This document shows positions 50,427-61,613 of a stretch of DNA of 64,000 nucleotides, in pieces (position 1 is the first letter of the stretch; each line of letters starts with the position of its first letter). The stretch is from an uncultured delta proteobacterium. GTDB taxonomy: Bacteria; Myxococcota; Myxococcia; Myxococcales; Myxococcaceae. Below the pieces are notes generated by a model. The model did no database searches, was not told the origin of the DNA, and was given only the letters and a program-made list of their open reading frames with translations. The DNA is taken from NCBI GenBank assembly GCA_963771175.1, contig CAVYSY010000031.1:64001-128000 (forward strand). Direction: 5' to 3'. The position numbers and the translations under genes are program-made.

Positions 50427-53360
50427 ATGTCGTTGCGGAGCCCCTGGCGCAGGCTGTCCTGGAGCATCACCTGTCTCACCCTGAGCCTGAGCCTGCTGGC
50501 CTTGGCGCGGGCCTGGAGCGCGAGCCCCCCCCCGGACAGTGGCCCGCCGTGGGTCGACGTCGTGGACGGAGACACCCAGGCCGGGGCCGTCTTCCCGAGC
50601 ATCATCACCCTCCCGGGCGGCTTCACACAGGAGGTGGTGGTCTCGAGCCTGCGGCTCCCAACGGCCTTCGTGAGCCTGCCGGATGGCCGGCTCTTCATCG
50701 CCCTGAAGGGCGGCGAGGTCCGGGTGTTCAAGAACGGCGCCGTCCTGCCCACGCCCCTCATCGACCTGAGCGCTCGGGTGAACGAGCATCAGGACCGGGG
50801 CCTGCTGGGCATTGCCGTCGATCCCGACTTCGCGACCAACGGCCATCTCTACCTCGCCTACACCTATGACGATGATGCGGTGGACGACACGGGCTCCAAG
50901 ACGGGACGCGTGTCCCGGTTCACGGTGGTGGGCGACACCGCCTCGCCGCAGAGCGAGGTCGTCCTGCTCGGCACGCGGGTGGGCAACTCGTGCTATGACT
51001 TTCCCGCCGGCTCGGACTGCATCCCCACGGACAGCGCCTCGCACACCGTGGGCCAGCTCAAGTTCGCGCCGGATGGCACGCTCTTCGTGACGCTGGGAGA
51101 CGGCGCCCGGTTCGACACGGTGGACGACGGTGCGTTGAGGGCGCAGGACCTCGACTCCCTGGGAGGCAAGGTGCTTCGCATCACGCGGAGCGGGCAGGGC
51201 CTGCCCACCAATCCCTTCTGGAATGGCAATGCCGCGTCCAACCGCTCGAAGGTGTGGAGCTACGGGCTGCGCAATCCCTACCGGTTCAACTTCCGCCCCG
51301 GCACCAGCACCGTCTACCTCGGAGACGTGGGCTTGAGTGCCTACGAGGAGATCGACGTCGCGACTGCGGGAGCGAACTTCGGCTGGCCCTGCTACGAGGG
51401 CCCCTCCCGCCAGAGCGGCTATGCGCCCAAGCCGATCTGCCAGGCGCTCTACAACCGCGGCGAGTCCGCCGTGAAGATGGCGCTGTACTACTGGGACCAC
51501 ACGGTCGGTCACGCGGCCACGGGCGGAGCCTTCTACACCGGGACGGCATATCCAGCGACTTGGCAGGGCGCCTACTTCTTCGGGGACTACAACGACAAGT
51601 GGCTCCGCGCCCTCCGGGTGGACGCGAACGACAACCTGGTGCCCGGCAGCGTGACGACCTTCGCGACCGCCGCGGGAAGCGTGGTGGATATCGAGATCGG
51701 GCCGGACACCAATTTGTATTACGTCGACATCTTCGCGGGGGAGCTGCGCCGCATCCGCTACACGGCGGGCAACAGTCCTCCGGTAGCGGTGGCCTCGGCG
51801 ACTCCGCGCGAGGGGCCCGTGCCGCTGAAGGTGCTGTTCTCCAGCGCGGGCAGCAGCGATCCGGATGGGGATGCACTTGCCTACACCTGGAACTTCGGGG
51901 ATGGCACCGCCATCTCCACGCTGGCCAACCCGGAGCATACGTACATGACGGCGGGCCGCTACACGGCCCGACTGACCGTGAGCGACGGGCGGGGGGGCAC
52001 GCACTCCGCCACCGTTCAGCTCTCCGTGGGCAACCGGGCCCCCGTCCCCACCATCGCCTCGCCCTCGAGCACCCTCCTGTTCAAGGTGGGCGATGTGGTG
52101 AGCTACTCGGGCTCCGCGAGTGACCCCGAGGATGGGCCCATCCCCGACAGCCAGCTTTCATGGACCATCACCCTGCACCACTGCTCGGCGGGGACATGCC
52201 ATGTCCATCCCTTCACCACGAGCACGGGGGCGAGTGGGTCCCTCACCATCGATGACCATGGGGACGAGGTCTACTTCGACATCACCCTCACGGCGACGGA
52301 CTCGGCGGGCCTGACGGGCACGCAGACGGTGACGATTCATCCGCAGACGGTCCAGTTCACGCTGCAGACGTCTCCCCCCGGACTGCAGGTCGTCCAGGAT
52401 GGGACGAGCGGAACAGCTCCGCTGACGCGCACGGTCATCGCCGGCTCCTCGCACGACGTCCACGCGCCCTCGCCCCAGGGGCTCTACACCTTCAAGGACT
52501 GGTCGGATGGTGGAGCCCAGCAGCACAAGGTCCGGGTCGGGACGACGGACGCCACGTATACGGCCACGTTCACCGAGTCCACCTCATCCTGTCCGCTGGG
52601 CCAGTACCGAGCGGAGTACTTCAACAACCGGGACCTGACGGGCACACCGGTACTGGTGCGCTGCGAGGCGGCTCCGTTCGCCTACAGCTGGGGGAGCAGC
52701 CCCGCCCCCGGGGTGAACGCGGACAACTTCTCGGTGCGCTGGTCGGGGCGCTTCTCCTTCACGGCAGGCACCTTCAACTTCATCGCCCGGGCGGATGATG
52801 GAGTCCGGGTGTCCGTGGATGGCACGCGCATCATCGATGCCTGGCGGAACCAGGGGGCTACGACGTATCAGGCCAACCGAACAATGACGGCCGGCGAGCA
52901 CGTGGTCGTCATGGAGTACTACGAAAACGCCATCGGCGCCGTGGCCTCGCTCCGGTGGGAAGCCATCTCCTGTCCGGAGGGACAGGTCCCCCTGGGCCTG
53001 TACCGGGCGGAGTACTTCAACAACCGGACCCTGAGTGGCACACCCGTGCTGGTGCGCTGCGAGCTGGCTCCGCTCGACAACAACTGGAGAGCGGGCAATC
53101 CCGCCATCGGCGTGAACGCGGACAACTTCTCGGTGCGCTGGTCGGGGCGCTTCAACTTCGCGGCGGGCACCTACACCTTCGTCGCCCGGGCGGATGATGG
53201 AGTCCGGGTGTACGTGGATGGCACGCGCATCATCGATGCCTGGCGGGACCAGGGGGCCACGACCTACCAGGCCCCCTTGACCCTGCCGGCCGGCGAGCAC
53301 GTGGTCGTCATGGAGTATTACGAGAACGCGGTCGACGCGGTGGCCTCGCTCCGGTGGTAG
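50427..53360 (+). CDS. secreted PQQ-type sugar dehydrogenase propeller + PKD + two PA14 domains, copy 2
   Basis: 977-aa close paralogue of 47270-50203; upstream ~110 bp and downstream ~22 bp also duplicated. Confidence 0.88.
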   Translation: MSLRSPWRRLSWSITCLTLSLSLLALARAWSASPPPDSGPPWVDVVDGDTQAGAVFPSIITLPGGFTQEVVVSSLRLPTAFVSLPDGRLFIALKGGEVRVFKNGAVLPTPLIDLSARVNEHQDRGLLGIAVDPDFATNGHLYLAYTYDDDAVDDTGSKTGRVSRFTVVGDTASPQSEVVLLGTRVGNSCYDFPAGSDCIPTDSASHTVGQLKFAPDGTLFVTLGDGARFDTVDDGALRAQDLDSLGGKVLRITRSGQGLPTNPFWNGNAASNRSKVWSYGLRNPYRFNFRPGTSTVYLGDVGLSAYEEIDVATAGANFGWPCYEGPSRQSGYAPKPICQALYNRGESAVKMALYYWDHTVGHAATGGAFYTGTAYPATWQGAYFFGDYNDKWLRALRVDANDNLVPGSVTTFATAAGSVVDIEIGPDTNLYYVDIFAGELRRIRYTAGNSPPVAVASATPREGPVPLKVLFSSAGSSDPDGDALAYTWNFGDGTAISTLANPEHTYMTAGRYTARLTVSDGRGGTHSATVQLSVGNRAPVPTIASPSSTLLFKVGDVVSYSGSASDPEDGPIPDSQLSWTITLHHCSAGTCHVHPFTTSTGASGSLTIDDHGDEVYFDITLTATDSAGLTGTQTVTIHPQTVQFTLQTSPPGLQVVQDGTSGTAPLTRTVIAGSSHDVHAPSPQGLYTFKDWSDGGAQQHKVRVGTTDATYTATFTESTSSCPLGQYRAEYFNNRDLTGTPVLVRCEAAPFAYSWGSSPAPGVNADNFSVRWSGRFSFTAGTFNFIARADDGVRVSVDGTRIIDAWRNQGATTYQANRTMTAGEHVVVMEYYENAIGAVASLRWEAISCPEGQVPLGLYRAEYFNNRTLSGTPVLVRCELAPLDNNWRAGNPAIGVNADNFSVRWSGRFNFAAGTYTFVARADDGVRVYVDGTRIIDAWRDQGATTYQAPLTLPAGEHVVVMEYYENAVDAVASLRW

Positions 53361-53385
53361 CTCCGTCGGGGTCCTCTCGGCGGAG

Positions 53386-54114
53386 TCAGTGCGCCCCGGC
53401 GGCCTTGAGGCCCGCCCCCGGGAGCGCACCCGTCACCATCTTCCCGTCCTGGATGTCCAGCGCCCGCCGCGCGTGCGCCACCACCCGCGGGTCGTGCGTG
53501 GAGAAGAGGAACGTCACCCCCTTCTCCCGGTTCAGCTTCAGCATCAGGTCGAGAATCTGCTCGCTCGTCGTCGAGTCCAGGTTCGCCGTGGGCTCGTCCG
53601 CCAGCACCAGCCGGGGCTCCGTAATCAGCGCCCGCGCGATGGCCACGCGCTGCCGCTGGCCGCCCGAGAGCTCGTCCGGCTTGTGGTGCAGGAACGGCTT
53701 GAGGCCCACCGCGTCCGCCAGGGCCTCGACGCGCTGGCGCAGGGCCGCCTTGCCCTCGGCGTCCTTGCGCACCATGCAGGGGAACTCGATGTTCTCCGCC
53801 ACGTTCAGCACGGGGATGAGGTTGAAGCTCTGGAAGATGAAGCCGATCTTCCGGTTGCGCACGTCGGCCAGCTCATCGAAGTCCCGGTCCCCCACCTCCT
53901 CGCCGTCCAGCTTGTAGGAGCCGCTCGTCGCCCGGTCCAGGCACCCGATGATGTTGAGCAGCGTCGTCTTGCCGCTGCCCGAGGGGCCCGTCACCACGGT
54001 GAACTCGCCGGCGGAGACCTCCAGGTCCACGCCGCGCAGCGCGCTCACCTTCGTCTTGCCCAGGAGGTAGTCCTTGGTGATGGCCTTCAGCTCGAGGAGG
54101 TTTTGCGAGGGCAT
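53386..54114 (-). CDS. ABC transporter ATP-binding protein (LolD/MacB-like)
   Basis: GPSGSGKT, IGFIFQSFNL, LSGGQRQR, LADEPT, STHD. Confidence 0.95.
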   Translation of the reverse strand: MPSQNLLELKAITKDYLLGKTKVSALRGVDLEVSAGEFTVVTGPSGSGKTTLLNIIGCLDRATSGSYKLDGEEVGDRDFDELADVRNRKIGFIFQSFNLIPVLNVAENIEFPCMVRKDAEGKAALRQRVEALADAVGLKPFLHHKPDELSGGQRQRVAIARALITEPRLVLADEPTANLDSTTSEQILDLMLKLNREKGVTFLFSTHDPRVVAHARRALDIQDGKMVTGALPGAGLKAAGAH

Positions 54115-54126
54115 GGGGTACGTCCT

Positions 54127-55552
54127 TCAGTAGAAGAGGCGGACCTGGAACAGGCCGCGATATTCGAGGGGCAGCAGGCTGAACTCGCTCACCTGGGTGT
54201 CGGACTCGGGCACGGTGGCCGCGAGCGACGCCGGGCCCTGCCACGGCACGAAACCCGAGAGCGCGAGCGTCATCCACTCGGTGGCCGACCAGGAGAGGCT
54301 CGGGGTGATGAGGCCCGACAGGTCCTGCAGGTTCGCCATCACCACCACGTTGAAGGTGAAGTCGTCGCGAATCTTCGGCTTCTGGTAGCTGAGGAAGGCG
54401 TAGTGCCGGCCGAGCGGCTCGAAGTTGAACTTCTGTGGCAGCCCCGCGTCCGCGCTCCCGCTCGGGTTCACCAGCACGGGGTCCACCCCGAAGTCGCGCG
54501 CCACCCGCAGCAGGGCGAGCCCGTTGACCTGGTGCTGGAGCTGGTCCCGCGTCAGCCCGTCCGACTGGTAGAGGTACTCCACCGAGAGGAGCGACTCGTC
54601 GCCGAACATGTAGCGGGTGCCGGCCAGGATGCGGGGACGGAGCGTCTTCTCCTCCAGGCGCTCCGTGGCGAAGAAGGGCTCGCGCCGCAGCGCGCACCCC
54701 AGCGCCGAGACCCGGTCCTCCAGGCACTCGCCCACCGGGTAGCGCCGCGCCGAGCCGAAGCCCACCAGTGCCCTCCACGTGCAGCTCGTAGTCCGTGAAG
54801 AAGTAGCGCGAGAAGGAGAAGCCCAGCCGCGTCTTGTCCTGGAAGGCGTCGCCGTACAGGTTGGACTGGAAGAGCATCAGGTTGACGTCCGCGTCCGCCA
54901 CCAGCGCGTAGGCGCGCGCGGCCACCAGGTAGTGCAGCTCGTCATCCTTCTGGTCCCACCCGGGGTAGACGAGCAGCGCCTGGGGCAGCCCGCTCTGCTG
55001 CTTGAGCACCGCGGGGCTCGCCAGCAGCGTGAAGGCGTACTTCTCCAGCGGCACCTCCACCCGCACCATGTACGCCCCGGCCCGCTGGAAGTTCGGGTCC
55101 GTGGGGTCCTTCGGCGGGTTGATGAGGTCCGTCGGGTTGTACGCCATGCCCGAGCCCCAGATGACCCGCTTCTTCCCCGCCAGCAGGTGGAGCTGCGGCA
55201 CCACCTCGTGGCTCACGTACAGCTCGTTGAGCGACACCAGCGGCCGCGCGGCGCTGGACTCCTGCTCCGAAACGGACACCTCATTGCCGTCCGCGTCCAG
55301 GCCCCGGTAGCGCCCCGCGGCCTGCAGGAAGAGCGACAGGTCCGCCATGATGAAGCCTCCCGGACGGTACTCCTGCCGGGGCTGCACGTTCAGCTCCAGG
55401 AGCTGCTGCACCTCCGGCTGGCTGTCCGTCGGCAGGAGGCCCGTGACGCGCGAGCGCTGGAACTGCGTGCGGCTCTCGACGTAGCCCGTCACCTCGGCGG
55501 CGAGCGCCGGGGCGGTGGTCAGCACCAGGAGGGAGGCGAGGAGGTTGCGCAT
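54127..55552 (-). CDS. putative outer-membrane beta-barrel protein (frameshift near 54767)
   Basis: Signal peptide; ELYV...AGKKRVIWG...NPTD; terminal VRLFY. Confidence 0.7.
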
Positions 55553-55563
55553 GGTGGGATGGC

Positions 55564-56290
55564 TCAGCGGCCCAGGTCCGCCTGCGAGAAGCGCTGGGCC
55601 GGCGCATCCACGTTCAGCTTCATCGACTTCAGCACCAGCTCCGAGCGACGCGCCTTCACCAGCTCGTTGCGCATCACCACCTTGGCCGGCCGCGAGTAGC
55701 CCTTTTCGAACTCGGTGAACGTCGGTGAACTCGGCGCTGCGCAGCATCTGCCCGCTCGTGCCGAAGTACTCGCCCTTCACCGGCATGCCGTCCTTCTTGC
55801 GCAGCCACAGCTTGATGGCGTCGTACGCCGTGTCCGGGCTCTTCGCCTTCAGCTCCAGCGCGTACGTGTCCGGCACGTCCGAGGGCACCAGCTTGCCCGC
55901 GTAGTCCTTCGCGTAGTTCACCCGCATCACGTCCGCGTTGTTGAAGTCGCCGCCCTGGAAGCTGTCGCGGTTGGCGATGCGCGTGGCCCGCTTGAGGTTG
56001 GGCAGGTACACCCACAGGTTGTCGCCCGAGCGCAGCATCTCCTGCCCCTTCACGCTCGCCGGCCCCTTGAACCAGACGCGGAACTTGTCGTCCTCGCCGC
56101 GCAGCATCTTCATCACGTAGGTCCGGCTGCTGCCGTCCTCGCGGTACGCCGTCATCTCCGACTCGGTCTCGAAGGTACTCGGACCCATCACCGCGTCGTA
56201 CTTCGCCAGCAACTCCTCCGCGGTGGGCTCCGCGGCCAGCGCCGGGGCCGCCGCCAGCAGCGTCATCAGGGCGAGGGTGAAGGCTCTCAT
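55564..56290 (-). CDS. LolA-like outer membrane lipoprotein-sorting protein (frameshift near 55715)
   Basis: Signal peptide; PASVKG...LWVYLPNLKRATRI...SFQGGDF. Confidence 0.8.
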
Positions 56291-56326
56291 CTGCAAGCTC
56301 CTAGGAAAGGAAAGAGGGAACGGGAT

Positions 56327-57609
56327 TCACACCGAGCGCAGCGCATCCACCGGGTTCAGCCGGCTGGCCCGCCAGGCCGGCCAGGCCGCCGCCCCCAGCG
56401 CGCCCACCACCGCCACCACCAGCGTGAGGACGACGAAGGAGGGGCTCAGCTCGGGGCGCAGCACGGAGTGGGAGCCGCTGTTGACCACCATCGACATGGG
56501 GATGCCCCGCGCCGCGATGGCTCGCACGATGGTGCTCCCCAGCACCACGCCGCCCACTCCGCCCAGCAGCCCGAGCACCGTCGCCTCCACCAGGAAGATC
56601 GTCAGCACCTGCCGCCGGCGCATTCCCACCGCGAGCATGGTGCCGATCTCCCGCACCCGCTCGAACACGCTCATCAGCATGGTGTTGACGATGCCGGTGA
56701 GGATGATGACGAAGAGGATGACGGAGATCAGCCCCAGTCACGAAGCGCTGCCGGCTGATGATGTCGCGCACGAAGGGCTGCAGCTCCTGCCAGGTGTGCA
56801 CCTCGTACTGAGGGCCGAGCTCCTCGCGCAGGTCCGCCGCGATGCGCTCCAGGTTGCGCAGGTCATCCACCGCCACCGCGAGCTCGGTGACCCGGCCCTC
56901 CAGGCCCAGCAGCTCCTGCGCCAGCTTCAGCGGCACCGTCAGCACCCGCTTGTTCTCGAAGGGGAGGCTGGACACGCTCAGCCCCTCCACGGACACGTCC
57001 ATCGAGTTGGCGCGGCCCTTGGGGCTGGACGAGGCGAGCGTCACCCGGTCCACCAGGGCCTCGGCGCCCGACTGCTTCGCGGCCACCGCCTTCGCCTTCT
57101 CCGCCGGTGTCACCGCATGGAAGGACTGAGCCAGCTCGTTGCCGATGATGCACCTGCGCGTGGTCCCCCGCCCCGAGCGCCCGCCCTCCGGGCAGCACGT
57201 CGAAGCCGGCGCGGGGCACGGCCTGCTTCTCCGTGACCATGTCCAGCCCGCGGCCCACGAACATCGTCTGGGACACGCCGTTGCTCACCAGCCCCGAGAA
57301 CTGGATGCGGCCGGTGACGCCCGTGACGCCGGGCACGGCGCGGATGCGGGCCAGCAGGGCTTCGTCATAGGGGATGTTCGGCTCCAGCGGCAGCGCGTCG
57401 ATGCTGTCCATGTAGCCGGCGGTGTGCACCTGCAGGGCGCCCGTCTGCCCCTGGACGATGTCGTCCACCATCAGACGGATGAAGCCGTCGATGAAGCCGC
57501 GCAGCACGAGCACGGCGGTGACCCCGAGGAGGACGGCGGCCAGGGTGACGAGGCTGCGGCGACGGTTGCGCGCCACGTTGCGCGCGGCGATCGAGGAGAG
57601 CGAGCTCAT
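56327..57609 (-). CDS. FtsX/LolE-like ABC permease (frameshifts near 57150 and 56730)
   Basis: ARNVARNRRRSLVT; SVFERVREIGTMLAVG; PAWRASRLNPVDALR. Confidence 0.88.
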
Positions 57610-58871
57610 GAGTGGGCCAGGGCCTCCACCGGACGGAGCTGGGCGGCACGGTACGCGGGCCACAGGGCGGCGAGCGCCGCGCCCACCGTGGCCATGCCCA
57701 CCGTGCGCACGAGGTACACCGCGGAGACATGGGGACGGATGATGCTGTCCGCCGACGCGCCGGGCGCCGGCAGGTGGATGCCGCGCTGGCCGAGCCACAG
57801 CGTCACCGCCCACCCCACCAGCGCCCCGAGATGCCGCCCACCAGCCCCAGCACCGCCCCCTCCAGGAGGAAGAGCGACACCACCTGCCGCCGGCGCGTGC
57901 CCACCGCGAGCATGGTGCCAATCTCGCGCACCCGCTCCAGCACGTTCATCAGCATCACGTTGACGATGCCCAGCAGCACCGCCACCAGGAACACCGACGT
58001 CATGATGCCGAAGATGAAGTCCTGGTGCCGTGACGAGCTGCGCGACGAAGGGCAGCACCTCGTCCCAGGTGTGCACCTCGTACTCGGGCCCGAGCGTGGA
58101 CCGCACCGCGTCGCGCACCCGGGGAGCGTCCTCCATCTCCGGCACCGCCAGGGCGTACTCGGTGACGCGGCCCTCCATCCGCAGCAGGCGCTGCGCGGTG
58201 CCCAGCGGCACGTAGCCCAGCCGCCGGTCTCCCGGCGTGGCGCTCACCAGCGTGCCGGCGACGCGCACGGCCTCGCCATTGAGGGCCCCATCCCGGTCTC
58301 CCGAGAGCAGCGCGGGCCAGCGCTCCGAGGGAACCTCCGTGCCCGTCACCTCCGCGCGCAGGCTCTTCGCCATGTCCGCGTTGAGGAGCAGTTCCGGCGC
58401 GTCCACGGTGGACAGGTGCGAGCCCTTGCCCAGCCATGTCGTACGCTGGGGCGTCACCTTCGGCTCCAGCGCGGGGTCGAAGGCGGTGAGCTGCAGGAAG
58501 CCCGTCTTGCCGGCGCCCTCGTCTCCCGTGGCGCCCTCCTCGTCCGGCAGGGAGATCATCCCGCCGAAGGCGATGCGCGGCGACACGGCGACGACGCCCT
58601 CCACCGAGGCGATGCGTCGGCGCAGCTCCTCCGAGTCCGCCATGTCCAGCGTCAGCGGCGAGCCCTGCACGTTGGCCAGGTAGCCCGCCTTGTGCACCTG
58701 CACCGCGCCAACCTGGCCGTAGACGAGGTTCTCCAGGATGACGCGCTGCTGGCCGTTGATGAAGCCGCGCAGCCCCACCATGGCGCCCACGCCCACCACC
58801 AGCGCGACGAGCGAGATGGCGGTGCGGCGCCGGTTGCGCAGCAGGTTGCGCGTGGCGAGCGAGAGGAGCAT
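57606..58871 (-). CDS. FtsX/LolE-like ABC permease (compensating frameshifts near 58028 and 57827)
   Basis: RNLLRNRRRT; NVLERVREIGTMLAVG in shifted frame; PAYRAAQLRPVEAL. Confidence 0.88.
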   Translation of the reverse strand: MLLSLATRNLLRNRRRTAISLVALVVGVGAMVGLRGFINGQQRVILENLVYGQVGAVQVHKAGYLANVQGSPLTLDMADSEELRRRIASVEGVVAVSPRIAFGGMISLPDEEGATGDEGAGKTGFLQLTAFDPALEPKVTPQRTTWLGKGSHLSTVDAPELLLNADMAKSLRAEVTGTEVPSERWPALLSGDRDGALNGEAVRVAGTLVSATPGDRRLGYVPLGTAQRLLRMEGRVTEYALAVPEMEDAPRVRDAVRSTLGPEYEVHTWDEVLPFVAQLVTAPGLHLRHHDVGVPGGGAAGHRQRDADERAGAGARDWHHARGGHAPAAGGVALPPGGGGAGAGGRHLGALVGWAVTLWLGQRGIHLPAPGASADSIIRPHVSAVYLVRTVGMATVGAALAALWPAYRAAQLRPVEALAHS

Positions 58872-59527
58872 CACGAGCGCCTCCGGGAAACGGACTTCAC
58901 TGGCATGGCTTCAACCGCCTTCACGGATTCACAGAAATGGTGCACGTGCGCGTCCACCCGTTCGAGCAGGCGCTCCAGGTCCGGAGAGCCCTCGGCCAGC
59001 ACCAGGAGCATCACGCGCATCATCAGCATCGGCCCCATGAACTCAATGGCGTACAGCTCCGGGTCTCCGGGCCGGATGATGCCCCTGCGGGCCAGCTCCG
59101 CGAAGAGCCGGCCCAGGCGGCCCCGGCCCGCCACGATGGAGGCCTGGACGATGCCCGCCTCCTTCAACCTCGGACCCTCGGCCATCATCAGGCGCATGAA
59201 CTTCTGCTCGCGCGGGGTCGCCCAGTCCTCGAACATGAAGTGGGCGATGAAGCGCAGCAGCGGCTCGGGGCCGTCGACCAGCACCGCGTCCAGGTCCAGC
59301 CCGTCGAGCCGCTCGGCCTTGCCCGGCCCCATCTCCCGGAGCAGCGCCTCGAAGATGGCCGCCTTCGAGGGAAAGTGGTGGTAGAGCGCGCTCTCGCGCA
59401 CCCCCACGGCCCTCGCGATCCCCCGCATGGACGTGCCCGCGAAGCCCCCTTCCGAGAACAGGTCCAGCGCCGCATCCAGAATCAGGCGGCGCGTGTCCCG
59501 GGCTTCCTCTTTCGTCGGCCTCGCCAT
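58871..59527 (-). CDS. TetR/AcrR family regulator
   Basis: ILDAALDLFSEGGFAGTSMRGIARAVGVRESALYHHFPSK. Confidence 0.93.
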   Translation of the reverse strand: MARPTKEEARDTRRLILDAALDLFSEGGFAGTSMRGIARAVGVRESALYHHFPSKAAIFEALLREMGPGKAERLDGLDLDAVLVDGPEPLLRFIAHFMFEDWATPREQKFMRLMMAEGPRLKEAGIVQASIVAGRGRLGRLFAELARRGIIRPGDPELYAIEFMGPMLMMRVMLLVLAEGSPDLERLLERVDAHVHHFCESVKAVEAMPVKSVSRRRS

Positions 59528-59538
59528 GCGTGCGCACT

Positions 59539-59562
59539 TATTTAACGAACGTTCATTAAATA
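59539..59562. promoter_or_regulatory. putative TetR operator
   Basis: TATTTAACGAACGTTCATTAAATA, a 24-bp palindrome with one mismatched pair, 12 bp upstream of the tetR start. Confidence 0.8.
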
Positions 59563-59748
59563 GACAAGCCCGGTGCGGTGTAGATGGAAAAGCCGCACGG
59601 AGAAGACATGAAACCAGCTCCCGCGCCCACACCCACACGGGGCTGTCCACACGGGCAAAGCCTGTAGCGGCATGGAGCATCCTGTCCGCCCGAGCGCGGA
59701 CCGTTCTGCTACCCTGCCGAGCGAGTTTCACGCCCCCCCCCTGTGTCC

Positions 59749-61546
59749 ATGTCCGTGCTCGACGCCACCGCCACCGCCATCAGCCGCACCCACTCGCCGG
59801 ATCTCATCCCCGGTTATCGCCTGGAGAAGCTCGTCGGGACCGGCGGCATGGGCGAGGTGCACAAGGCCACCCAGCTCTCGCTGGGCCGCACGGTGGCCAT
59901 CAAGCTGCTCAGCCCGCAGCTCGCCACGGACGAGAGCTTCGTCGCCCGCTTCCAGAAGGAGGCCGCGGCGCTCGCCACCCTCCACCACCCGAACATCGTC
60001 TCCATCGTCGACAAGGGGAGCACGCAGACGACGTACTACCTGGTGATGGAGTTCGTCGACGGGCCGTCCCTGCGCGAGCGGATGCGCGCGCCCCACCAGG
60101 ACCCGCTCGAGACGCTGCGGACGATGTTGGAGATCTGCCGGGCCATCGAGTACGCGCACCACCGCGGCGTCATCCACCGGGATCTCAAGCCGGAGAACAT
60201 CCTGTTCGACGAGCAGGCCGGCGGCATCCCCAAGGTGACGGACTTCGGGCTGGCCTCCTTCCTCGACGACACCAGCTCCCGCTTCGCCCTCACCAGCTCC
60301 CATGTGGCCATGGGAACGCTGTCCTATATGGCGCCCGAGCAGCGGGTGGACGCCAAGAGCGCGGACGGGCGCGCGGACATCTTCGCGCTCGGCCTCATCT
60401 TCTACGAGATGCTCGTGGGCGAGCTGCCCGCGGGCAGCTACGATCCGCCCTCGCGCCGCAAGCAGGGAATCGACCCGAGGCTGGACGGCATCATCGCGCG
60501 CTGCCTCCGGCAGGCCCCGTCGGACCGCTACGAGAGCGTCTCCAAGCTGATCTCGGACCTGGAGCCGCTCGTCCCCAACCTCACCACCGTGAGGCCGGGG
60601 AAGCTCAGCCGGATGCAGCGCCTGAAGCTGTGGGTGATGCGCGTGGTGCGCACCATCCTCCAGACGGTGGCCACGCTGCTGGTGCTGGCCGCGATGGCCG
60701 TGCTGACCAGTGGAGTGGCTGCGCACCACGGAGCGGCGCGTCCAGATGTCACCGGGAGAGGCCCTCACCGCCGACCTCGGACCGCCCTCGGCGAAGCCCT
60801 TGTCCGGGCGGGTGAGCACCGGCGGCACCGTGCGCACCGTGACCATGGGGGACGGACCGGATCCCATCTCGCTGCTGGTGTCCGGCCGGCCCATCGATCC
60901 TTCGAGCAAGGGCGTCTTCTTCCCGCCCGTGGAGGGCCAGTCGCGCGTGGGGCTCGCGAAGGTGGACGTCACGAGCCTGGAGGGCAACACCGCCCGATTG
61001 AGCGCGAAGGTGACCGCCGATGGTCCCGAGTTCACGCTCGAGGAGCAGGCCCGCGCCATGGTCTACGGTCCCCCGCCGGACCCCGAGGGCGCGCTGCTGC
61101 TGCTGGGCAGCACGGGGCGGTACGTCATCCTGGTCCACAACGGGGTCGGAGAGCCACTCCGGCTGGAGTGGGCCCTGGGCGAGCGGCGGGGCACCATGCT
61201 GGGACAGCACGCCCCCAAGAGCGCCGTTGATCTCGAGCTGGAGGTGAATGAGGAGGGCGTGCTGACGGCCTCCATCGGCCGTGGCCCGGACAAGCGGACG
61301 ATCGCCGAGCCGCTCCATCTGGGCGAGGACTGGCGGGCGCTCTTCGACACCAAGATGCCCAAGGCTGCCTTCGGCTGCATCGAGGGCTCCTGCCGTGCCG
61401 AGAGCCTCACCTTCCAGGTGAAACGTGTGACTCCTCCACAGACTCCCTCGGGAGCGCCCGTGGCGGCCGTGCGAGAGCAGACGCCTGCCCCCAAGGCCGT
61501 TGCCCCGAAGGCGCCCGCTCCATCCAAGGGCAAACGTTCGAAGTAG
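59749..61546 (+). CDS. membrane Ser/Thr protein kinase (frameshift near 60710)
   Basis: GTGGMG, VAIK, HRDLKPEN, DFG, YMAPE; TM followed by an extracytoplasmic domain. Confidence 0.92.
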
Positions 61547-61613
61547 CGAGGGCTCGTCTCCCGCAACCGGATGTAGCCTGACAGGAGGGATTGAATTATC
61601 CCTGTGCGCTCCT

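Noticed and set aside
47270..53360. Diversity-generating retroelement template/variable repeat pair
   Set aside because: Whole genes are duplicated, differences are not adenine-specific, and there is no reverse transcriptase
53873..56296. 807-aa LolA-barrel fusion ORF
   Set aside because: Created by frameshifts; an internal signal peptide at 55552 marks a separate gene
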